DNA of 64,000 nt, from positions 57,722,001-57,786,000 of the forward strand of contig OX597818.1 in NCBI GenBank assembly GCA_951406725.2, in the 5' to 3' direction. The DNA comes from Octopus vulgaris. Lineage: Eukaryota. The notes under the pieces were generated by a model. That model worked only from the letters and a program-made list of their open reading frames with translations, ran no database searches and was not told the DNA's origin. The translations under genes and the position numbers were made by a program. Positions 53,946 through 64,000 of the stretch are shown one piece after another. Numbering within the stretch: the stretch's first letter is position 1; each line of letters begins with the position of its first letter.

Positions 53946-54175
53946 CCTATTTCTTTACTACCCACAAGGGGCTAAACACACAGGGGACAAACAAGGACAG
54001 ACAAAGGGATTAAGTCGATTACATCGACCCCAGTGCATAAATGGTACTTAATTTATCGACCCCGAAAGGATGAAAGGCAAAGTCGACCTCGACGGAATTC
54101 GGACTGAGAACGTAGCGGCAGACGAAATACTGCTAAGCATTTTGCCCGGCGTGTTTCTGTCCGCTTGCCGCAGTT
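53946..54175 (-). mobile_element. SINE family B
   Basis: Homologue; 16-bp TSD-like aggtgtgcaacaaata / aggtgtgtaataaata. Confidence 0.88.
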
Positions 54176-56571
54176 GTAACAGGTGTGTAATAAATAACGA
54201 TTAAGGTTTTTTTCCAAATAGTTAACGATATCTTAATTTTGGCTTTCGTTAATTTAGCTCAAAAGTTCATATCTTGACTTTCATTAATATTTCAGAATGA
54301 TGTATAAATTCCCTGTTATCAAGCTAGCATTAAATCCGATGCTTCAGGTAATAATGCATTATGAATGTATTTAGAGAGCAAATGGACATTCACCTAATTA
54401 ATAATGTAACTGATGAATGAAATAGGATATTTACATAATTCCATAATTCCATAATTCACATATAATAGAGAAATAAATCATAGTATGAATGCGTGTTGAG
54501 TTATATATATGCGTGTCTGGCGGGGTACTTTTTTGGTGATGCGTTCAACTTTACTTTGTTCACAAAATTGATCTCTGAGATTAATCTAAATTACATATCA
54601 TGTTTATATATTCCTGCTTTAAATGACATCTCTTTAATTTGTAACTGCAAATTTTAAAAATGAATTATAAATATATCTCGAAGAATTTACTGTTGTTCTT
54701 TAAGTCAAGACTTGTAGGGGCGTGTTGCTATATTTGCCGTTTCTCTATTATAGATATAGAACAATGAAAATCACAACTAGAATATGGTCCTCTCTGATTT
54801 ATGGCATAACGAACCGTGGCTAGCATTTGAAACATAACTCTCCGATTTACCCAGTCTAGAGCTACAAATTATTATTAATGTAATTCTATAAATGAAGAAG
54901 AGGCGCCATATTCTCGTACGTGTCTACCAACCTGTTATTATCTACTATAGCTTTTCTGAGAAATGCATGTTCCAGCCGTGAAATATTCTTAAAAAATAAA
55001 CACACTAGGGCACTAGAATAGAACCATACAGCTGTAAACAGTAGTCAGACAGTTTGCTTATATGGTGGGATTCGTATGTTTGCTGTGAAAAAGGACTTAC
55101 ACAATTCCATGTGAAGAAAAAAACTTTGGACATCACACCCCATTGGCCGGGCGCATGCCCCACGTTGGGTATCACCGTATTAATATAAAGATTTAAACAT
55201 CTAATTTAATATATGTTCCCTCAAATAAGCACTAGATGAATTGTGGCTGAGGCAGAACTCTTTACATTAAGTATACGCGTTTTTACGCTAGACAGCTTGG
55301 CCAAAGATTCTAGAAGTGTGGTTAACAGATATAAAAGAACTGGCTAAGGGAACACTAACCGTCAATTGGAAACTATGTTGTCTTAGTGAGTTGTTCTCTC
55401 TCAACTTATGTTATTTTTAAATGTAATGTACTTAATCCATATTCAACAAAAGGTACCCTCCTTAACTTATAATGCATATTAATACATGTTAGTTATGTGC
55501 AGAGAACAAATTCGAAGAGGATACTGACCGAAAAGAGGAAAAATAACGCCAGGTAGACGGTTTTCAATCTTAGATAAATCGGAGGTTTTACTGTTACTGA
55601 GAACAGCAGTCTGCTTTCAACAATCACCTATAAACAAATCCATAGAATGAAAGAAGCCGCAATGAATACCAAGTATTTCGTATAAACTAATCGACATGAC
55701 ATAGAAGACAGCTGAGGTTAAACGTATTTAAAATGTACAAACTGCAGGCCTAGATTAATCTATGAACGTAAGGTAAACAAAATACTGAAAGGATTAAACA
55801 TTAGCCAAATCTCTTACAAGCGAACGCAAAATCCATTACACCTATTCGAAACCTAGCCTCAATTACACAATATAAATATAACTTAATAGTCTGATTGTAA
55901 AAGCATAACATAGAACAACAATTAGTACATGACGTAAATAATGTCAACGCGATTTATGAAAAGGAACATAAACATGAAATTGAAAAAGAACATGAATCCG
56001 GCATTTACATATATCCATGCAAGCGAACCCGTACTCACTGTCTTAACATGTCCTAAAACCAAGGAGGAATCACAATGTATTAAACACACAACAAAAGTGA
56101 CAGGGAAAACACTTGTGGAAGTCATATCAATATTGAAAATGTTTCACTAAAAATATCGCAAAAAGCTGTTAGATCGAAAACAAACAAAGCTCATATTTGA
56201 CATAAACAATAATAAGCAAAACTCGGATATTGCAAATATTTCCTCAGGTAAGACCGAGAGAAAATCACATTGCTTGTCTGTGATAAAAGATAAAAAAGAT
56301 AAAATCGTTTCTATATGAATGTGTGAAGCTCAATGCGTAGACAGTTCGATGTTAAAAAAGAGAATCTCTCGAAGTGTCTGCGACTTAATCTCCGAAGCTT
56401 ACGTTACGAGATGTAAGGATAAAAAGAAGTAAAAGATGAAAGATCAATGATAATAGGTCGCAATCGTGTTTACAATAGAGATAATCCTTAACGCAAACTG
56501 ATATGAAAATATGAAATGCATAAAACATGGCTTACACATGTATCTGCATACATACTTACACAGATGTATGC

Positions 56572-57085
<514 letters not shown>

Positions 57086-57518
57086 TGTTGGAATAATTTG
57101 ACGTGCATCGATTTGGTAAATTCAATTTGTTGTATATTTGAGATATTTCACCAACGTGTAATTTCATGTTTCATATAATTAAATTTCCTTCATACATATA
57201 ATATTTGCTTTAATTATTGATGGAGTAAAACCTGTACACACGTTTTCCCCATAGAGTTTATCCAAATACCCATTTTATCTAATTAGCTGCCATTGTGTTG
57301 ATAGTTAATCTGTCCTAATTACGGAATTGGACTCTCTGTATACATACTGAATATAAAAGAATAGTCCTTTATTGTGTATTACTATACATTATAAGAGTAC
57401 TTGTCGCAAACTTTAGTGTACTCCTGGCCTGCATCATTTGCATAGACAAGAGCAATTTATTGAAACGTATAATACTTCGTGTTATTATATGACATGTAAT
57501 ATCGATTTTGTTTTATTT

Positions 57519-57721
57519 CTCTCTTTTACTCTTTTACTTGTTTCAGTCATTTGACTGGGGCCATGCTGGAGCACTGCCTCTAGTCGAGCAAATCGACCCC
57601 GGGACTTATTCTTTATAAGCCCAGTACTTATTCTATCGGGCTCTTTTGCCGAACCGCTAAGTGACGGGGACGTAAACACACCAGCATCGGTTGTCAAGCA
57701 ATGCTAGGGGGACAAACACAG

Positions 57722-57772
<51 letters not shown>

Positions 57773-57915
57773 TATACGACAGGCTTCTTTCAGTTTCCGT
57801 CTACCAAATCCACTCACAAGGCATTGGTCGGCCCGGGGCTATAGCAGAAGACACTTGCCCAAGATGCCACGCAGTGGGACTGAACCCGGAACCATGTGGT
57901 TGGTTAGCAAGCTAC
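57519..57915 (-). mobile_element. SINE family A (head-truncated; same subfamily as 21483-21919)
   Basis: Shares the diagnostic variants acgacaggctt, aaggcattggtcg, ggggctatagcagaag and aagtgacgggg. Confidence 0.9.
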
Positions 57916-58049
57916 AATATCTAAAAATAACTTTATTTCTTATAAGAGTACAATTCGATAGGTTCATTAAGAAGATGCTGGTGTTTGCGCTGGGCATTAC
58001 AGTAAGGTTCTATGTTAGGTGGGGGCAATACGTCCCTGTCAAAACATAC

Positions 58050-58510
58050 AACACGTGATCAATACAAGTGCGTTACAAATCGAACAGGGATTAATTATCG
58101 ATATTATTAGAAGTAAAAACAGTCTATTCTTGTAACTTTTCTCGGCAATTAGATCAAGTGAAGCAATAGAGTAAAAAGTTCATTATCACCATCTCAAAAT
58201 CCTATAACATGTTGAGAAGCTGCACTCTGAGCATGAAACCCCAATTCCGTATATTGAAATACTCTGTCTACCCCATGTTAAAGTATGGAAGTGAGGCATG
58301 GTCTATAACATCAGATCTGAAAGTGCTTGTAGGGGAGTGAAATGTGGTTACTAACGAAAATATTAATGATAATATGGGCAAAGAGTATATTAAAGGAGTG
58401 ATGATCTCTGAATCTGTTTGGTGAGATAAGGGCCAAGTAACGAGTTTTATTGGTCATGTGATGAGGAAAGTGGCTTTGGAGAATTTAACGATGACTGTTT
58501 TGTTGTCGGA
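58050..58510 (+). pseudogene. Decayed RTE-clade LINE 3' fragment
   Basis: RILKYSVYPMLKYGSEAWSIT and FIGHVMRK..LENLTMT remnants. Confidence 0.65.
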
Positions 58511-58555
58511 GATGTACTTGCATAGTAAGTGACCTGATCGGAGACCGTGTGCTGG

Positions 58556-58829
58556 AACAAAAACAATTGCAGCGTTGAGGGTGTTTATAAGCGATTTAAG
58601 AAACACACTAAAACCCTTAGATTCACTTCAACATTTAAATTTAATTTTAATTTGTCAAAATATTTTCGTCACTTTGAGTCCGCGACCGGTTCACTGACAA
58701 AATTCCGCGAACAGTGACGAAAATATTTCGGCAAATTAAAATTAAATTTAAATGTTGAAGTTAATCCAAAGGTTTTAGTGTGTTACTTAAATGGCTTATA
58801 AACACCTTCCACATTGAAATTGTTTTGTT
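58556..58829. repeat. Fold-back element with ~115-bp diverged inverted arms
   Basis: 58556-58673 versus 58713-58829 in reverse complement. Confidence 0.85.
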
Positions 58830-59405
58830 GTCTTCATATATATATATTCTCTGGTTGATGATGTATTCGCCCAAATACAATATATTTAAGTTGACCTAAT
58901 ATGTTGTGAGTGAAACGTACATGTCTTTCATTTAAAACTATTTTCTTAATACTTGCTGCTGGTAAAAGAAAAGAATCGTCAAATGCAATTTTGTGGAGAA
59001 GGGTTAAAGATCAATTTCTAAGATAATTTAATTCGATTTACGTTTATTTTAACGATAAATGTAATTATAATTAAATACAAATACATGGCAGTAATCTTCC
59101 TTTGTCAATACAGAAAAGATACGTATAGCAGGAAGATAGTTCTAAATATATTCTCTAACATCTTACCTGCCACAAAGTCGTGAGAAGAATGAAATTACAT
59201 AACTATATCATCGAAATTAAAAGAAAGCATGAGATTTATGACTTAAGGTCATTATGAAGGAAAGCAACGACTTGTAACATTATAGCATGGAAATTGAAAT
59301 AAAACAACAAGTGTATGTGAGAGCGAGTGACATAGTTTTCAGAAGGCACGCTATCCATTAACTAAAATGAGAAAAATCCAAGCTTTTATAACTTTCCCAT
59401 GGCAG

Positions 59406-59756
<351 letters not shown>

Positions 59757-59760
<4 letters not shown>

Positions 59761-59880
59761 GAATTTAGAAAAAACAAATGGCGGGTGTATAGAGAACAAA
59801 CAGATGAATTAGTGTTTAACGCTCGGGAAGTGAGAATGTATTTTACGTTTCAAGCCTAAGCTCTTCGATAGAAACGAGAA
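59757..59880 (-). mobile_element. Decayed relative of 49051-49228 with a broken HHR core (59841-59874)
   Basis: Minus strand ttt-CTATCGA-A-gagc-ttag-gctt-GAAAC-GTA-aaa. Confidence 0.65.
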
Positions 59881-59973
59881 AATATATATACATTTATATA
59901 AATATATATATATACACAGAAATACATGCATGCATACATACATTCATATATATTTATATACATACATGCATAC

Positions 59974-60030
<57 letters not shown>

Positions 60031-60031
60031 A

Positions 60032-60908
60032 CAGGGTGTTTCAAAAAATTTGATAACATTTCACAATCTAATACCTTTGCAAGTTCTTGTTCCAATGACC
60101 TAAAATTTTAATAGCGTATATAGGAAAAGTTCGAAATGTTATGTTTAAAATTCTTTTATGTGTATCTTTTTAGGTACAGAAGGGGAATTTACTCGAAGAG
60201 AAAAGATTTGTGTGTATTGGAGAATGCTCTAACACAGTGGAATAAGACTGTGCAGCGTGCATGAGAGAGTTCTCTATAAAGTCACCAACGACATTGCATA
60301 TTTAGACACGGCACAAAACATTGAAACAGGAAGGCTGTCTGTGCAAGGTCAAAGGATATGGACGACCACTAACATTGGTAGAGACGGTCGAGTGCGTTCG
60401 CCAAAAATTCATGTGAAGCCCCAAGAAATCCATAAGAACAAGTTTGGAAACCCAGATTCCTCCAACTGCAGCTTGGCGCGCCCTGAGGAAACACTTGCTA
60501 ATGAAAGCCTACAAGCTGCATTTCGTTCAGGCCATAAAAGCAGATGACAAGCAAAAGCGCAAACATGGAGCTATGTGAAGGGCTACTTCTATGCCCCCCA
60601 CTCTTCCTGCAAACCTAGAGGAACTCAAACAGATGATAACTACTGCACTGGAGACTGTTAAACAAGACATGCTGCAGCGTGCTTGGGAGGAGCTGGACTA
60701 CTGACTTGACGTGTGTCGTGTCTCCGGCGGTGCGCATATTGAACATTTGTGAAATCGTTCATGGAATCCACATAACTTTAAATTTCTCATTCAAATTTGG
60801 AGGAATAAATCTTATGTTGCTCTAATTAAGACTGTTTAGTTTAATTTACTTTGACTATGTATCTGTGATATTTCACTCAAATGATATCAATATTTTTGAG
60901 ACACCGTG
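60032..60908 (+). mobile_element. Internally deleted Tc1/mariner-superfamily transposon
   Basis: ~30-bp TIRs cagggtgtttcaaaaaatttgataacattt / aaatgatatcaatatttttgagacaccgtg; transposase C-terminus remnant LEELKQMITTALETV..DMLQRAWEELDY*LDVCRVSGGAHIEHL; sits in (TA)n. Confidence 0.85.
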
Positions 60909-60910
60909 TG

Positions 60911-60969
<59 letters not shown>

Positions 60970-61149
60970 GTCAAAAATTTGAGTTTTGTGAGAATTATGT
61001 ATAGATTTTGGGAAATACGACTTTTTGGCAACAATATCATCCAGGAACACAAAAGGTGACGTTTCTATTTTTTTACCTGCCATCTTTTATATATGGCAAC
61101 AATAATAAAATAGTTGACAAAAATTATTTGATAACTTTCTTTAATATAT

Positions 61150-62340
61150 TCACAAAGGACTATGTAAGACATGGTATCATTTTGGTATCAAGGAATTCAA
61201 ATTTAACACTTTCAAATATGAAACAGCTACCATTTACAAAAGCATTTCATAATGTGTGTTTCGAACAACAGGTTTTGTAAATTTGATGTTTTCTCAGTGT
61301 TTCAAAATCGTTTCCGTCAGTTTTGTACGATTTATTTCTACACTATCTATACCATGGTCAGTCATGCACTCTTTGTACAACTTCTCTACCTCTACTATAG
61401 ACATAAATTTGCCACCATCTAAAGACAGTTGTAAATCTGCAAAGAATACAATTTCTCCTGCAATGCTTTTAACACATTTTTCTTTGGTATCAGAAAGACA
61501 ATTACGTTCTGAGTTCAAATTCCGCCAAGGTCGACTTTGCCTTTCATCCTTTTGGGCTCGATAAACTAAGTACCAGTTACGCACTGGGGTCGATGTAATC
61601 GACTTAATCCATTTGTCTGTCCTTGTTTGTCCTCTCTGTGTTTAGCCCCTTGTGGGTAGTAAAGAAATAGGTATCAGTAAGACAACTTACATTTGTGCTT
61701 GTAGACCCTTTAGGAGAAAAACAATACTTTACCCACTGACTTGTCAACCATAATGTGTGGCACATTACATCTTTTGACAAGAGGTCTTTCTCAGCAATGA
61801 TTTCTGCATGATATACTTTCCAGCTCTCATCGCTTTTCTGCACAATTTCATATATTTGATTTCCAATATTATCAGTGCTCTATGCATGTAAATTTCCTAA
61901 TTCGTTCCCTTGCAAAAAGAAGCATTTAGATCTTCGAAATGATTTTGATTTCTTGATGGTTCTTGAACACTGGAGGAAGAAATGGATGGGTGACTGCGCT
62001 TGCATTCATGGGGTGATATTGCCTCCTTTGCTCTTGCTGCATCATATCTACCGTTTGTTCTCCTCAGATGGTCTGAGTTGTTTGCATTGGAATAACATTT
62101 TCTATGCCAGAATGCTTCTTGTTTTATCAAATAATCTGCAGTAATGCCCTTGTCAAAACCTCTGGATCTTTCAACTCGACCAAAGTATTCATTTGACTGG
62201 CGAAGTTTTGAAATGTTTCTACAGCTGGATATCTTACTGTGGCTCCAGTATTCTTGATTTGCCAGACGATGCATAGTTTGTAGTCAGTTACAGGATGTTC
62301 GAGATGGATTTGTTTAGAATGTGGATGAATTACAAATTCT
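61150..62340 (-). pseudogene. Decayed ORF of an unclassified (probably DNA) transposon
   Basis: Fragments LIKQEAFWHRKCY, DLLSKDVMCH and EVEKLYKECM...RTKLTETILKH; colinear on the minus strand and split by a SINE. Family not identified. Confidence 0.45.
61503..61670 (+). mobile_element. SINE family B (head-truncated)
   Basis: Homologue; TSD-like ggtatcagaaagacaattac / ggtatcagtaagacaacttac. Confidence 0.88.
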
Positions 62341-63186
62341 ATGTCTTAATTCAAGAACATGCAAAGAGAGAGACGAAAGATCATAATTATTGATAGAAAA
62401 CATTTGCTTCTCCCCCACAAACTACTCATGAATCATCCCCGAAGATTTTGCAATATGTGGTATAAGCAATACTCAAAAATAATTATGACATGTAAAATAT
62501 TAGCACTATCGTATGTTATCAAAACATTTGGTAAGAAGGCTACTTTGGGTCGCTGTTATAAAAAACGATGGCTGCCATGCTCAAAATATAACGTTTTCAT
62601 ATCTACAAATATCATATTCAAAATCGTTGGCTTTATTTTAACCCATTTTCTTTCTTAATTTCATAGGAAGTCATGCAGGATTAATGTCTTTGACTGCCAT
62701 TTTTAAAGATGGCCGGTAAATATCTAAGATGGCAAAGCAAAGTCTGGAAACACCGATTTTTCCACTCCTCGACCTTCGTTTTATTGAAAAAATCGTGTTT
62801 CCAAAAATCTATATCTATAAAGTCATTATGGAGGAAAGCAACGTCTTGTAACATCACAGCAGCAACGTTAAAATACAACAAGAAGTGTATGCGAGATATC
62901 CTTGTTAGTTATTAGACTTTTGTTCACCTTACGTCGAGCTGTGCGGATAATACCAGTGTAACTTGGTGCCTCAACATAAGTACCTAATTCAGCCGAAACT
63001 TAATTATTTCCACACACACTCACACACACACACACACACATATATAACTATTTCTGAGAGTTATACTAATACAGCTGTTTGTTTTGTACACCACCTGTCT
63101 TAGTCTTTTGTTGTTTTTTTCGTAAACTCTCCCTATATATAACTATAACTATATACATATAACTCTTTTATATATATATATATATA

Positions 63187-63398
63187 GTTAATCCAAACAG
63201 GAAAGCACAAAAAAACACAACAACGCGAGAACGTGGAACAAATATAGTATTATTGGACGCGCTCAGGAAAGAAGGAAAGAAGGAGGGTTTAACGTTTCGA
63301 GCGGAGCTCTTCGTCGGAAACATAGGAAAAGGAAAGATCCAGAGAAGAGAAGACAGACGAAAAAAAATCGCCAACGGTACACACGAGGTCACACACCT
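63187..63398 (-). mobile_element. Short PLE-end-like element in (TA)n with a minimal HHR (63287-63321)
   Basis: Minus strand gttt-CCGACGA-A-gagc-tcc-gctc-GAAAC-GTT-aaac; palindrome aacgtt; (TA)n on both flanks. Confidence 0.75.
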
Positions 63399-63465
63399 AT
63401 ATATATATATATCAGGCGCTACTTCAGCATGGCGACAGTCAAATGACTGAAACAAGTAAAAGAGA

Positions 63466-63504
<39 letters not shown>

Positions 63505-64000
63505 CATACATTACATAAAATCACACACACATAAATGTGGAACTTTTCTAAAGTACAACGTTTTTCTTATGTATCTTGTAATGGTGGAGTTGAGTATCTT
63601 TGTTAGAAAACAACAAATTAAAAGCGAAGAAAACGTATTGATTAATCATTTATACTTTGTAATGATGGAAGATAAAAAAGATAAAGTGATGTGAAAATTT
63701 GAAATATTGATAAATTCATATTTTTTTTATGATGCACATGAATTAACATAGTAAATTGGATCGAAATATTAGCGAACATGATGTTGTTAGATTTAAAACA
63801 ATACTTTTTTAAAGAGTTTTAGAACGAACAATCAAAATGAATTGAATCTACCAATTAGAACTTTTATCCTTATATCCGATTCATATAAAAGCAAGCGTCT
63901 TTTAGAGTTGATTTGTTTACGCAAATGCAATCGAGGTGTGTAGAAAAAATGTATTCACAAACAATAAGAATCGGTATCTGTGGTTGAATATAATAATGTA

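Noticed and set aside
55500-56400. Possible old transposase remnant
   Set aside because: No diagnostic motif or termini could be read with confidence.

Overview
AT-rich, repeat-dominated eukaryotic DNA with no intact host gene recognisable. The SINE families and dense (TA)n/(CA)n tracts look like an octopus/coleoid cephalopod genome (inference from repeat content). Contents: (1) a decayed Ty3/Gypsy LTR retrotransposon with two nested MITEs; (2) about 25 copies of three tRNA-type SINE families; (3) non-LTR fragments of HERO-like, Dong/R4-like and RTE-like elements; (4) DNA transposon relics (Sola2-like, Tc1/mariner, MITEs); (5) many Penelope-like element (PLE) derivatives, including a 6.8 kb copy with 2.7 kb inverted arms around an RT/GIY-YIG ORF. 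The main hidden signal is self-cleaving RNA: about 10 minimal type I hammerhead ribozyme (HHR) motifs from several unrelated repeat families, most sitting in (TA)n tracts. In addition, the 3' UTR of both HERO-like LINE copies holds a complete set of hammerhead core parts (GUC, GAAA, CUGAUGA, with helices I, II and III) in a permuted, doubly pseudoknotted strand order that fits none of types I/II/III. A few minus-strand candidate exons are noted at low confidence. All structures were read by eye; no searches or folding programs were run.
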